DNA of 64,000 nt from Podarcis vaucheri (GCA_965113315.1 OZ220363.1), one strand, 5' to 3'. Positions 50,401 to 62,467 are shown, numbered from the stretch's first letter. Numbers and translations: made by a program. The notes: a model not told the origin generated them from the letters alone.

Positions 50401-53400
50401 GGATTCTTCTAAAGGTAGGAATGGAGGGCTTTGGCCTCCATCTCTTCTATCAGCCAAGCTCTAGCTCCTCTGCTAGTCTCCATTGCCCTTTCCTTTGTGG
50501 GTTCCTACTCAAAATTGCTTCTGTTGTGGGATGCTTGCCCCAAAGTCCCAAAGTATTTGGAATCAAGGACTAGTAACTGAAACCAAGAAAGATAACATCA
50601 GCATGTGTTCCTCTTACAGATCGATGTTGCCCATCAAAGGGAGATATGAGTGATGAAGACGATGATAATGAGTTCTTTGATGCTCCTGAAATCATCACCA
50701 TGCCTGAAAGCATGGGCCATAAGTAAGTGACGCCCCTCTCCCATTCAGCTGACAGCTTAGCACCCATCAGCCTTTGGCACTGCAAACTTGTGAATCTACT
50801 GAGGTGTTGCCCTCACCTTGAATGCTTTCCCACTCCCATAGCCTGTGCCATAGGTTAGAGGGGGACAAACCTCCTGGGTGAAATTCAACATACCAAAGCA
50901 GGTTCTGTGTGTTCCTCCCCTGTTAAGTGTGTTTTATAGAACTGGGGCATCTTGCTGCCTCAGCCTTCAAAGGAGAAAAAGGAAGAGAGAATGGAGAGGG
51001 TGGAGGAAAAGGTGGAGAGGAAATCTCTTGAATATAAAATAAAAGTGATTAGTCCACCTAAGTCAATGCTGTCCACTCTTACTGAGAGCTCCCTGAGATA
51101 TTCAGGATCCAGATTAGTTCGTGCAGGGATGTCTTAACTTGTGACCCTACAGATGTTTCTGGACTACAGCTCACATCATTCCTGGCCGTTGACCATGCTG
51201 GCTGGAGCTGATGGGAGTCCAGCAACATCTGGAGGGGCACAGGTTAGTTGCCACTGACATTGTGCTTTAAAGATCCAGGCTAGCACCTGAAATTGCACCC
51301 AAGGAAAGCTAAGACAACATTGTTTTCCAGAGTGGGTGAAACATGATCAGACAACCTTACATTGTCAGCAATTAGGCAACTGTGCTCCATGCCAGCTTAC
51401 GTTTCTGGAACACATTGTTGCAGTAATTTAGTTGGGTATGGCTGCCAGTGACTTCAGGCTCAAGCAAGCAGTGCATAGCTTCAAAGGAGAGAGAAATGGA
51501 AATAATACATTTCTGTCACACCCCCAAACAACATGTACAGCTGTCACCAGACAACAGTCTCATGTTTCATTCATGCTTCTAGGTTATTTAGATGTAAGAG
51601 CATACAATTGCTGTGATTCCCCACCCCCAATTGCAGGTTAAATTAGTAAAGGGACAGGATAGTAATGAGGAAAGTAGAACAGGAGACCTGGCACATCAGT
51701 ACACTACACTGACTCCTTAAAAGTAGTCCATGGGCACCATTCGGTAATTTTATTTTGCCTTTTAACTTAATAAATAAAGATCAATAGATCCATAGATTGG
51801 TGGCCCTGGTTATACTTGCTGTCCAACTCTGACAAACGAGATACTCTGTTTGGTGTTTGGCAGCACTGTTCTCTGTGCATATTTTTTTCCTGATAGCACA
51901 TTATTTCAACTGGAACATCCTAGTTTTCTCATGGTGTGTCTTTCTGTAATTCCTTTAGACGAACAGGAAGCAACATCAGTGGTGCTAGCAGTGAAATCAG
52001 CCTCGATGAGCAGGTAGACCATGTCTTTGATCTGAGGGGGAGGGAAGCAATATTTTTCACCAGATGCTGTTGGGACCCTGCAGAGGGAGATAGCTAGAAC
52101 AAGTGGGTCCTTCGCAAGCTTCTGGAGTACCTCAGCAGTGTATCCCCTAAATGAGCCACAGTCTGCATGGACGATGGGATGCAGAGCACCACCTGGAGGG
52201 TTGATGGGTCTCACTAGTCCTCCTGTAAGCCTACAAGTGCTCAATATACTTTCAGGCATACTTTATTATGGAGCTTATTGAAGGCTTGGGAAAGCAGGGG
52301 TAATGTTGGCCACAGGATCTGCCTTGTTCCACGTTTCTGTCCATTTGGGACAGGTCTTCCTGCACTGAGCTTCGTGATTCTGGGCATGGCCAAGAACCTC
52401 TTTCTGCATAGATGAAGGTGCTGAAGTCATGGAAGAGTTGTTGACTTTTCCCAAGGCTTATACTTAAATTGGGAACCTCTTTTACAAGACTGTATAGAAT
52501 TCACTGTCCAGCTTATGCCTTCCCACCTGTCTTGACTAGTCTCCTTTCTCTCCCAAAGTATAAACACCAGTTTATGGAAGACACCAAGAAGGAGAAGAGA
52601 ACCCGAATTCCTCACAAACCAAATTACAGCCTGAACTTGTGGAGCATCATGAAGAACTGTATTGGCAAGGAACTCTCCAAGATTCCCATGCCAGTGAGTC
52701 CCCTTAAGTCTAGCTTGAGTAGTAAGATCTGGGGCTTGCTGTCCTGTGGAGAAAAGGGGTGGGAAGCCATGACTCTAACCCAACAAGCTCTGTGAAACGA
52801 GACTCTGTATGAACATGGAGTGTGCTTGCTGCATACAGACTTGCCTTGCATACTTCTGCCCCAGAGTGGCTGCCCTGCTTAACACCTGCTGCTTCTTCCT
52901 CCAGGTGAACTTCAACGAGCCCTTATCTATGCTGCAGCGCCTCACAGAGGACCTGGAATATCACGAGCTGTTGGACCGGGCAGCCAAGTGTGAAAGCTCT
53001 CTGGAGCAGCTCTGCTATGTGGCTGCATTTACCGTATCGTCTTACTCCACCACAGTCTTCCGCACTAGCAAGCCATTCAACCCTCTCTTAGGGGAAACCT
53101 TTGAGCTAGACCGGCTGGAGGAGAATGGCTACCGTTCCATCTGTGAGCAGGTGACGAGCAGGGCACATCCCTTGCCTGACTTTGAGCTGGAATACTTGAT
53201 TGATTCCAGATGCATGGAAGATACATTTCAGTCTTAAGCAAATTAAGTTATGTTGTGTTTCAGTAGCACTTCCTTTCAAGTCAGTGTGCTCAGGGTCCAA
53301 GACAGTATCTGTTGGGGATGTCTGCTGTCAGCTCTTCCTGCTTCTACATATTCCTGGTGACTCGCCTGCTGAATACACTTTTCTTCCTTAACTTCTCTCT

Positions 53401-55949
53401 GTCCTGCCCTCTAGGTGAGCCACCATCCTCCAGCTGCTGCCCATCATGCTGATTCCAAGCACGGCTGGACCCTTCGTCAGGAAATTAAAATCACCAGCAA
53501 GTTCCGTGGCAAATACCTCTCAATTATGCCCCTTGGTGAGTCTTTGCCTTGAGGTGCCTGCTGTTTTAAAGGGACATGGAAAGCTAATGGTGCCCATTGA
53601 CAGACAGAATTCCATCTGTGCTTCCCATCTTTTACCAAAGTCCAGGGTCTCCAGCCTGGAGTCAGGCTGTCTGCGACATAGCTGAGCCACTTACGATGGG
53701 CATCTCATATGCACAGCACCTTTTAGGGCATTCATTAGCACATTCACCCTTGCTGTGTGCCCCTCAGGGGTATTAAGAACACATGCGTAGCTTGGGTGCT
53801 CATAAAATGGGCATTTGTGGAGAACGGGGAAATCAGGTCATCCTTAGCTGACCAGGGATTGGTACCTAGATCGACCAAAGCTGAGTCAAAATGCTGTTGT
53901 GCACTAAACCGAAGTATTTTTCATCCTAGCAAGGATTCTGCATCAATGTGAAATCATCCTAAGCACATTCTTATTTCTAGGTACCATCCACTGTATCTTT
54001 CATGCATCTGGCAATCACTACACATGGAAGAAGGTTACCACCACAGTGCACAACATCATAGTCGGCAAATTATGGATAGACCAGGTGAGTTAAAAGTGGT
54101 GGTGGTGGGGACTGTGAAGGCAGCATTGCAGCCCAAAGTGTGCTTGGAGGGTAGTTCTGATAGCCAGGACTTTAGAGGTCCATTTTCCATATTTCCCATT
54201 GAGTTGCTACTCTTGATGATCTGCTCAGCTGTTACAGAAGCATTTTAGTGGACTGCATAAATAGTCCTGAACCTGCTTGACTTTATTCCTCCCTTTTTTT
54301 TCTTTCCAGTCTGGTGAGATTGAAATTCTGAACCATAAGACTAGTGAGAAGTGTATTCTCAAGTTTGTTCCATATAGCTACTTTTCAAGAGATGTGGCCA
54401 GAAAGGTAAGAGATGTTGTACTAAAGCATTTTACTGTGGGGATGGCAAGAACAATGTCAGCCCCTCTACAACAGAGAGAGGTAAAAGGCCTGTTTAGTGG
54501 TAGGAGGGGCCTTTTACATAAGATGAAAAGTCACATGGACAGCAGTGACCTAGGCAGCTAAGCCAGTACCTCTAGAGAATGTTCTTTGAATATTGCAGCT
54601 GCACTCTGGAGTCCTAGCAGACCAGCTTCTGAGAACAGCTCTGGGTGCTTTTCAGCTTCTTTGTTAGCCGTGGGGAGACTATAATGCAATTCTGACGCCT
54701 GGGTGGGCTTGTACATAACTTTGCTGGACCTTCTTGAACTCCTTTCTATGGCAGGTTACTGGAGAGGTGTTAGATCCCTCAGGAAGAGTGCACTTTGTGT
54801 TGCTGGGCACCTGGGATGAGAAGATGGACTGTTTCAGGGTGACAACCAGTTTGGAGAACGGTGGCGACAGCCGGCAGAGAGCGCACGAAGCAGAGGACAG
54901 CAGGGTCATGCTGTGGAAGAGGAACCCACTCCCGTGAGTAAGGGAGGTAGCCTGACTCCTCACGTGAGGAGCTGGTGCACGGCCATGCTCTCCTTTGCGT
55001 AACCAATATGACTATCTTCTCAACTGGCTTTTGTGGATGGCAGAATATGGTTATGGTTGTTGCTTTTAGAGCATGCCTTTGTAATCAGCAATGCCTTTGT
55101 GTACTGTGTGTGTTCCTCCCAAGAAAAAGTGAGTTGAGACCTGTATAAATTATGGCAAGTGTGCGGATCCTGTGAGGTGCAGGAAATCCGCTGCTGGTCA
55201 TGGGCTAAAGAATGGAGGACACTGGGACACTGAAGCGGCTGGAAATCTAGCCTCACCTTTCCTCCCTTATCCATCAGGCATTGTCCACACATGCAATCCT
55301 ATTTTAAGAGAAAATGGAAACAGTCCTCCAGGTTGCAGACTTCTGTGTTTGTGTGGCGTAGTCACAAGAAATACACAGCTCTGGGTACAAGTATACTGAC
55401 CCTTTGAAAAGGAGTTGGTGACCTAGGGTCTTAGATAATGTGTGCGTATCTTTCCTGCCACCCTAAGAGGAAGATTAAGCTCACTTTCTACCCCAGAACT
55501 TAGACTGCAGTGCAACTCAGAGCCTTTCTGCCATCTGAATTTGTTCTCTCTCTCCCCCCCCCCTTCCTTGGTGCAGGAAGAACGCTGAGAACATGTACTA
55601 TTTCTCTGAGCTGGCTTTGACGCTCAATGCCCCAGAAAGTGGCACTGCTCCCACAGACAGCAGGCTTCGGCCTGACCAGCGACTCATGGAGAACGGGCGC
55701 TGGGATGAAGCCAACGCAGAGAAGCAGCGCCTGGAGGAGAAGCAGCGCATCTCCCGCAAAAAACGTGAAGCTGAGGCCGTGAAGGCGACAGAGGACGGTA
55801 AGCGCTTGCCCATCTTGCCCCCGCACTGATTTTTTAGAAAGGCAACAGGAACATATGAAGCAGCCTAAGTACAGTGAGGTGCTTGGTCCTCCTAGCCGAG
55901 TCTTGTTTGTTCTTGGCTGTCAATGCCTCTCCAGCTTATTGGGCAGAGC

Positions 55950-55980
<31 letters not shown>

Positions 55981-57150
55981 TTATTTATTTATACATACAT
56001 ACATACATACATACCCCGCCCATCTGGCTGAGTTTCCCCAGCCACTCTGGGCGGCTCCCAATCAAGTGTTAAAAACAGTACAGCGTTACATATTAAAACT
56101 TCCCTGAACAGGGCTGCCTTAAGCTGTCTTGTGAATGTCTTTGATATCTGATGGGAGGGCGTTCCATAGGGCAGGCACCACTACCGAGAAGGTCCTCTGT
56201 TTGGTTCCCTGTAGTCTCACTTCTCGCAATGAGGGAACCGCCAGAAGGCCCTCGGCGCTGGATCTCAGCATCTGGGCTGAATGATGGGGGTGGAGACGCT
56301 CCTTCAGGTATACAGGACCGAGGCCATTTAGGGCTTTAAAGGTCAGCACCAACACTTTGAATCGTGCTCGGAAACGTACTGGGAGCCAATGCAGATCTCT
56401 CAGAACCGGTGTTATGTGGTCCCGGCAGCCACTCCCAGTCACCAGTCTAGCTGCCGCATTCTGGATTAATTGCAACTTCCGGGCCACCTTCAAAGGTAGC
56501 CCCACGTAGAGCGCGTTGCAGTAGTCCACTGCTTCCTATGATCCTTTTTAGCTGGAGGTGCCTGGTATTGAGTCTGGGGCCTTGCATTGCAAAGCCGTTA
56601 TTTATGATTGGGATTTTTTATTGGGATTCTTGCCAGCTCTTCTGCATAAGGTCCCGGGAGGGGGGTGTACAGCCGGGTAAAAAGCACAATGTTAAAATCA
56701 GTTAAAACAGATTGCAATCAAAAGAACAGGTGCAGCTCTGTAGAGAGGGAATTCCACAGTTTAGGGGTTGCCACAGAGAAGGCCCTCTCCTGGGCTGCCA
56801 CACCTTGCCTTCCAAACCTCCAAGGGCAGAGGACATATCAAGAGTTGCTCCATCACTGAACTATGGCCCCTCGCTAAGGGAAAAGCATAGCACTGACTTC
56901 CCAGCAAAAATGCCAGCCAAATGCCATTTGTTGTTGTTAATTTGAGAATTCTCCCTCTCTCCCTCCTTCCCTCCCTCTCCTGCTGCCCCTTCCTTCCTCC
57001 CCTGCAGGAACTCCTTATGATCCCTACAAAGCATTGTGGTTTGAGCGGAAGAAGGATCCTGACACCAAGGAGGTATCCCATGTGTACAGGGGAGGCTACT
57101 GGGAGAGCAAAGACAAACAGGACTGGAGCATGTGCCCTGACATCTTCTGA
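32322..57150 (+). CDS. OSBP: Oxysterol-binding protein 1 (PH domain, coiled coil, FFAT motif, ORD); 14 coding exons, 799 aa
   Basis: join(32322-32659,43218-43426,46241-46491,50216-50414,50620-50722,51959-52013,52559-52693,52905-53150,53415-53535,53981-54084,54310-54405,54755-54933,55577-55797,57008-57150) = 2400 nt. All introns GT-AG, phases consistent. PH start [33 protein letters not shown] (50670-50690), OSBP fingerprint EQVSHHPP, C-term CPDIF*. Tandem with PATL1 as in other vertebrates. Confidence 0.97.
32998..33185. mobile_element. Tc1/mariner (Tigger-like) MITE
   Basis: Perfect TIRs cagtggtacctcgggtta / taacccgaggtaccactg with TA TSD. Confidence 0.88.
33850..33986. mobile_element. Palindromic hAT MITE
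   Basis: Near-perfect hairpin with a perfect 8-bp TSD CTGTACTC (33842-33849, 33987-33994). Confidence 0.85.
35245..35665. mobile_element. Decayed Penelope-like terminal fragments in inverted arrangement
   Basis: gagtcttgtggcaccttaaa.. (minus copy) and ..taataaatccattagtctttaaatagccacaagact (plus copy). Degenerate hammerhead remnant at 35285-35330. Confidence 0.55.
36286..36535. mobile_element. Tc1/mariner (Tigger-like) MITE
   Basis: Left TIR cagttgtaccttggtt, decayed right TIR ending gactg|ta. Related to 21067-21306 in reverse. Confidence 0.75.
36543..36737. mobile_element. hAT-like non-autonomous element
   Basis: Internal gatctac repeats and right end cctgttggacatgcctg. TSD not clean. Confidence 0.5.
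37438..37678. mobile_element. Tc1/mariner (Tigger-like) MITE
   Basis: TIRs cagtggtacctcagttta / taaaccgaggtaccactg with TA TSD. Confidence 0.85.
38381..38762 (-). mobile_element. L2-clade LINE 3' fragment with (ATT)n tail
   Basis: Highly similar to 55951-56325, with an (AAT)n microsatellite at the 3' end. Confidence 0.8.
39706..39874. mobile_element. Tc2/pogo-like MITE
   Basis: TIRs ccgcattttttgcaccataacac / gtgttatagagcgaaaaatacgg with TA on both sides. Confidence 0.8.
41637..42140. mobile_element. Tc1/mariner (Tigger-like) non-autonomous element
   Basis: Perfect TIRs cagtggtaccttggttctcaaac / gtttgagaaccaaggtaccactg. Confidence 0.85.
43218..43426 (+). CDS. OSBP: OSBP exon 2 (PH domain)
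   Basis: cag|[69 protein letters not shown]|gtaaag. Confidence 0.95.
45635..45714. repeat. Exact tandem duplication (39-bp unit, period 41)
   Basis: ctgctttaaggagcacagatagtgaaatcagaccttaag at 45635-45673 and 45676-45714. Confidence 0.95.
46241..46491 (+). CDS. OSBP: OSBP exon 3
   Basis: cag|[45 protein letters not shown]|gtaagt. Confidence 0.95.
47085..47790 (-). mobile_element. Older L2-clade LINE 3' fragment
   Basis: Degenerate minus-strand ORF2 motifs [13 protein letters not shown] and [12 protein letters not shown]. Confidence 0.75.
49033..49211. mobile_element. Tc2/pogo-like MITE
   Basis: Imperfect TIRs ccatatttacacgcatctaa / ttacattcaagtaaatacag with TA on both sides. Confidence 0.6.
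50216..50414 (+). CDS. OSBP: OSBP exon 4
   Basis: cag|[53 protein letters not shown]|gtagga. Confidence 0.94.
50620..50722 (+). CDS. OSBP: OSBP exon 5 (FFAT motif)
   Basis: cag|[33 protein letters not shown]|gtaagt. Confidence 0.93.
51124..51256. mobile_element. Palindromic hAT-type MITE
   Basis: Arms cagatgtttctggactacagctc / gggagtccagcaacatctgg. Confidence 0.65.
51959..52013 (+). CDS. OSBP: OSBP exon 6
   Basis: tag|[18 protein letters not shown]|gtagac. Confidence 0.9.
52559..52693 (+). CDS. OSBP: OSBP exon 7
   Basis: aag|[45 protein letters not shown]|gtgagt. Confidence 0.92.
52905..53150 (+). CDS. OSBP: OSBP exon 8
   Basis: cag|[35 protein letters not shown]|gtgacg. Confidence 0.95.
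53415..53535 (+). CDS. OSBP: OSBP exon 9
   Basis: tag|[40 protein letters not shown]|gtgagt. Confidence 0.95.
53981..54084 (+). CDS. OSBP: OSBP exon 10
   Basis: tag|[34 protein letters not shown]|gtgagt. Confidence 0.95.
54310..54405 (+). CDS. OSBP: OSBP exon 11
   Basis: cag|[32 protein letters not shown]|gtaaga. Confidence 0.94.
54755..54933 (+). CDS. OSBP: OSBP exon 12
   Basis: cag|[35 protein letters not shown](P)|gtgagt. Confidence 0.94.
55577..55797 (+). CDS. OSBP: OSBP exon 13
   Basis: cag|[54 protein letters not shown]|gtaagc. Confidence 0.95.
55951..56530 (-). mobile_element. L2-clade LINE 3' fragment, relatively young
   Basis: Uninterrupted ORF2 C-terminal peptide [53 protein letters not shown], with a simple-repeat tail at 55951-56013. 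Confidence 0.88.
57008..57150 (+). CDS. OSBP: OSBP exon 14, terminal coding part
   Basis: cag|[46 protein letters not shown]. Confidence 0.95.
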
Positions 57151-58981
57151 GCTGGAAGCAGCAGGACTATTAACGAGGATGGAGGGGAAAGAAGAGGGTA
57201 GTGGAAGAAGGATGGAGGGGGAGCGGCTGATCATGTGACTTCCTGCCTAGTGCTTTCCTCACCGAATCTGTCTGTCTTAACCAATCACTTGTTTTGAATC
57301 AATCACCCAAAGCAGAATCCAGCAGTGGTGATTGGCTGGGTTGCCTTAGCTGATTGAAGCTGAAGTTGGTGTCTGGATTCCTGGATGGCTGGGGACAAGT
57401 AGAAATAGAGGACTGTGCCCTCCATTTCCCCACCCAAAAGAGAGTATTGTTCTGCTCGCAGCCCCCCACCTTTGGGGAGGAAGAGGGGGAGCCACACCAT
57501 GCTTACATGGATTGCCCTCCCTTTCTACTTCCAGATAGGGGCCCGTAGTCAAGACCTTGAATGTATGCACCAAGAGAATAGCTGGGGAAGATACAGGGAT
57601 CTTTTGACCATAAGGGTTGCTCTCTTTTTCCTCCTTCCCAAGCCCTGTGTGGCACTCTACCTACAGGAGAAGTTTCTGAAACATCGGGTGGGCAGGAGGA
57701 GGGTGATAGGTGGATGCCAGTTCTCTCCAGGAGCCACTGTCTCTTTGTTCACACAGGTGGCAAAGCAACTAATGGTGCCCTAGAGAAGCGGGCACAGGGT
57801 GGTGGCAGTGGGTGGGTGCAGGTAGCTCTGGTTTCAGCGGAACCCACCTTTGTGACATCACCAGCTGTTCATACGATGGTAGGAAATAAAACTTACTTGT
57901 TCTCCCTTCCCCATAGCAGGCTTCAGATTTTCCCCACATACACTTGGGTGGAAAGCGGCGATGCAGGACACAGCCTCCCCTCTGCCTCAAGCAACCTCTG
58001 GCTTAATGCGCACCTGTTTATATGTATATTATATATATGTAGAGAGAGAGAGTGAGGAAAAAAAGAGATATAATTTTTGTTCTGGTTTTTCCCCTCCTGT
58101 ACCTCCTATCCTGCAGACCCCATTTTGTAACACTTGCCCCCAGCTGTCCCCCTCCACTGCCACCGGATCCCGGGAGACGCTCTGCAGAAAGCGTGACAGT
58201 CAACAATGGTTTGCTTGCCTTGCCTTCTTTAAAATAAAATTTTAAAAAACACTATCTGATGCAGAGCTGGAGCTCACTGGCATCAGGCTCCTCACTGTGC
58301 AGGCACAAGCCAGGTGTCCATGGATTCCGCTGTGAAATAAGGAGGCTGCAAGAACTCCCCAAACTGGCCTTGGGACAGCTCTGCTCTCAGCTGCCAAAGC
58401 TGGATCCTAAGGTTGACAGAGGTGCTGCCGCTGTGTTGAAGTGGACAAGGGCACAGAGGCTGCCCTAGCCAAGCCAACGCTCGGGGGGGGGGGTGCGCGT
58501 GCGTGTGTATGTGTATGTGTGGACTATAAGGCAGCCCCTGCCCTTGGCTAAGGATCACACAATGAGGTGCCTTCCTTCTGTGTTTCCTATCCTCGTTTTT
58601 TCTTTTTCTTTTCTGTGTTTTTCTTTCAACTTCCAAACTTTAGCCACTGAAGGGGTAAGAGGTGGCGGCGTTTCTGCCCTGGGATGCTTGTGGGTGGGAT
58701 GGAATCACCTTGCTGGCAGGTAGAAATGAGGCCGTGAACCCTGCCATCCCCAGCAGCAAAGGACAGTGCTGCTCAGTGGGAAGGAAAGGGGTTTTGGGTG
58801 GGGTCTCTGCGCTCTTTGCTGCTCAGTCCCTGTCTGAAGCCTGTTTTCTGCAGCTTGTAGAGGCTGACACATCCTTGCATAGGATATTGACAGGTGTTAA
58901 GAGAGAGAATATTCCTGCAATTCTATTTTTGGATTATTTTTTTTGCCTTATTGTCTTTTTTCCAAGAAAACTAAATTAAAT

Positions 58982-58987
58982 AATAAA
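58982..58987 (+). terminator. OSBP distal polyadenylation signal (proximal candidate at 58233-58238)
   Basis: AATAAA preceded by ATTAAA and a U-rich tract, followed by GT-rich sequence. Confidence 0.65.
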
Positions 58988-60224
58988 ACCCGAAATATCC
59001 AAGAGTGCTTTTTGTGTGTATCACTTCAACTATCAGGCCTGAACTGACTTCTTTGTCCTTTTCAGCTTCTTCCTTGTTTTGTCAGTTTATTCTGGTCTAA
59101 GGGGCAAAGATTAAGAAGGGAACACACATACCTCTGAACCTTTGTCTCCTCCTGTCCTGGCACCTTAGTAGGGCCTGAAACGTTGGTCTGCCTTTTCATT
59201 TGGACTTGGTTCTGACGAGGCTCTTCTGAAATCTCTAAGGTTCACCAGGCGTGTGTCCTGTTTCTTGCAGGGGCAAGAAAATCCTTGTTTACTTACTGAA
59301 GCTAGACAGCGCCTGCTTTCTGCTAAATGTTGAACCCTGCTAACAATCTCACTTGACTTGGGATTCCTTCACTCCCAGTGCTGTGTGTCAGTATCAGTGA
59401 CCGTGGAGAAAATACTGGGGATGATCACCATTTATGTTTCCCTACGCTAGGACTCTAGACTGGATAAGGGTAAAGTAGGCTTTTAAACTGAGTATACCTA
59501 GAAAGCAAGCTTGCAGCACTTGTTTCAGTTGTGACTGATTCCATGGCATGACAGGGATGACAAATGGAGTATCTTTCTAGCTCAGGGATGTGGGACGTCA
59601 GACCTTTGTCACTGGCCTCAGGACTCTCAAAGTCACCCTCCCCAGCACTCTTCCCCAGTCCACACTACTCCCTTGCCTTCACAACTTTCTTGAGTGTTTT
59701 TTGCCCGGCTGGAATCAGTCCTCAAACTTGGATGATGCCTCTTACTTGCCTTGATGAAGGATGGAGAAGGCTATGTTAGTGTGGCCTCTATAAGTTTACC
59801 CAGAAGAGAATGTGGCCCCCAAACTGAAAAGAATTTCCCCACCCCTACTCTTTATACTTCCAGTGCCTAACATCTTGTCTGGGGAGCTGATCAGGGTTCC
59901 TTGTGTATAATATTTGACAGAGTCCAGTTTATTTCTTTGGCCCCATATCTATGGCCTCTTCCACCTTTGGGGCCAAAAACAGAGACCTGTTTGCTCCAGC
60001 CAAGTGCAAAGAGTGGCTGGCTTGGAAAATGGAAAGCTGAGACTGCTTTCTCCTTTTCCACTGGATGGCTGATTAATAATGGGAGGTTTTCTAGGTTGCA
60101 AATTGGCTACCCTATTTCTGTCCTGCTGCTACCTGAAGAAATTTACCCTCTTTGGAAGGATAGAGAATAGCAGTGCTTTGCCAGTACCACCTATATGTTT
60201 ATTAACATTTTATACTGCTTAATA

Positions 60225-60570
60225 GGGACGTGGGTGGCGCTGTAGGTTAAACCACAGAGCCTAGGACTTGCTGATCAGAAGGTCGGCGGTTTGAATCCCC
60301 GCGATGGGGTGAGCTCCTGTTGCTCGGTCCCTGCTCCTGCCAACCTAGCAGTTTGAAAACACGTCAAAGTGCAAGTAGATAAATAGGTACTGCTCCGATG
60401 GGAAGGTAAATGGCGTTTCCGCTGCTCTGGTTCGCCAGAAGCGGGTTAGTCATGCTGGCCACATGACCCGGAAGCTGTACGCCGGCTCCCTTGGCCAGTA
60501 AAGCGAGATGAACGCTGCAACCCCAGAGTCGGTCATGACTGGACTTAATGGTCAGGGATACCTTTACCTT
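60225..60570 (+). mobile_element. Full-length Sauria-type SINE
   Basis: tRNA-like head gggacgtgggtggcgctg..ggtttgaatcc, (ACCTTT)n tail, and a 10-bp TSD TACTGCTTAA (60213-60222, 60571-60580). Confidence 0.9.
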
Positions 60571-61959
60571 TACTGCTTAAAGTAAAAAGTGGTATACATA
60601 AAAATGAGTGCAAAGTAATTTTCTAAAAATGGTATAAATAGCAAAGCTATCAGGTAAGCAGTGTACAAAACAGAAAATATTAAATTTGGGTAACAATTTT
60701 TTAAAAGGTTCTTCAAAGATCTTTCCTGTGTCTGGTTTACTAATGATTGAGAGGGCTTTGCAGAAGGTGGGGTCTATCATCAAGGAGGCCTGCTTCTGCA
60801 CTCTCACCAAATGACTAAATACTGCTCTGGTCACATAGCAAACAGGAGGGTCTCCCCTCACCCCAAAAGATCTTAAAGATCAACTTGATCTGTATTGGAG
60901 GAGGAGGTCTGATAGCTATCCAGGCCCCCAGCTCTGAATCTGTTCACAGGAACTGTAGCTTTTGCACTTTTCAAAGCAAGTTGTTTTCACTGGAAATTGA
61001 AAACTGACGCACATGGTGAAAGTGTGGTGTGTACCTCCTTTCATCCACCCTCTTACATCCAACTTGCTAACTTTTCTGTTGCAAGAAAAACAGGCACACC
61101 AACCCTGGACTAGGAGCCATTTGGGAAATCTCAAATAGCATTTGCAATGAGCACAGAACATTAATGATGGGGGCGGTTTAAGACTTGTGGACTAGTGCCT
61201 ACAAGACCTGCTTTTTATGGATTATCTCTGGACCCTCCCACCATGTATGGCAGGTTAGGCTGGCAGGCAGTGGCTGGTGCAAGGTTGCCCAGCAGTCCAC
61301 TAGACCACCGTGGTTCCTTTTATGTCAAATGAAACTTAGGTGCCTTTTGAGTTTTCCACCTCAGGCCCTGATATGTGATAATACAGGTGGGAGTGTCAGA
61401 GTCAGGCACAGGAAGCTGAAGAACCCTGTGCATGAGACTGAAATCCTTTATGATTTCTCCTGGTGTGCCTTCACTGCACCTTAGCAATCTCCCCATAGAA
61501 TAATGCCTGCTTGCAAACAACAGCAGCTAACCAAGGTTGCAATCCTATGTGTGCACATTTACCCTGCACTCAATGGGGCTTGCTTCTGAATTAACCAGGA
61601 CTGCATGGTAGGCAACGAGGACTTCTGCTTCTTCTCTTTGGAAGAAAGGAAGGAGTCGAGCATGATAAATATAAGCACATAACTGAAAATAGATTAAGCA
61701 CAATGCAATCAGTATGTTTTAAAAGATTCTGGAAGAAAACCACTGCAATCCTATGTAAGTCTATTGAGAAGTAAGCCCCACTGAGTTCAGCGGTAGTTAC
61801 TCCTAGGCAGGTGTGTCTAGAATTTCAGTCTAATTCCGGTGGAGGGCGAAAGAAAACCTACCAGCTCTCTTCCCAATGTTTTTTGTCTTCGCTTCTGATA
61901 AAAGTTCTGTTCAGGAAGAATCGCCCGCAGCGCGCTGCTGCCTTTGACGCAGCTCGTTG

Positions 61960-61977
61960 TGCTGCCACCTTGCGGCC
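61960..61977 (-). promoter_or_regulatory. CTCF-binding motif, reverse orientation
   Basis: Minus strand GGCCGCAAGGTGGCAGCA in a locally CpG-retaining patch. Confidence 0.55.
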
Positions 61978-62467
61978 TCGTTTGAGAATGGCACGAATGT
62001 TTCGAGGGGGGACGGAGAGCATGCATCTACCTACACGTAAAGGGAAAAAGGGGTGGGGGAAAATCAAACTTTGTTACTATTGTTCCAGTATGAAAGCAAA
62101 CAAGCATAATGGCGTGCTTCCGCAGAACATATCTGAGTCCCCCCCGCCCACCAAACAGACCCTTCTCATGTCTGGTGAAAGTGTAAGATTTATTATTGGT
62201 TAGCCAACTATAGTTGTCAGTGCTAAATGAATTCTCTTACATTTGTTCGTGTGAAACGTGCCCTTCCAGTAGTGCTCTGTCGTACGCACTAATCCTGGCA
62301 GACAGGGTAGCAAGGAGATGGGTTTTGAACTTCTGCTACTACTCGATGCAGCTTCTTGAATGGAGACGCTCTTCGTCCAGCGGGGGGGGGGGGGGCGGAT
62401 GTATCGCGCGTCAAAAGGCTAAAGTTATTCAGCTTATTTCATGGTGTTTTTAACTTTGACCATAATT

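Noticed and set aside
56119-56529. 136-aa minus-strand ORF as a host gene
   Set aside because: It is the C-terminal part of an L2 LINE ORF2 in a truncated insertion.
10666-57007. Intronic snoRNAs or miRNAs
   Set aside because: No convincing C/D or H/ACA box arrangement was seen, and the strong hairpins are all explained by MITEs. A covariance-model scan could still find something missed by eye.
59208-59240. CTGACGA..GAAA spacing resembling a hammerhead core
   Set aside because: No credible stem II, no stem I, and no palindromic stem III.
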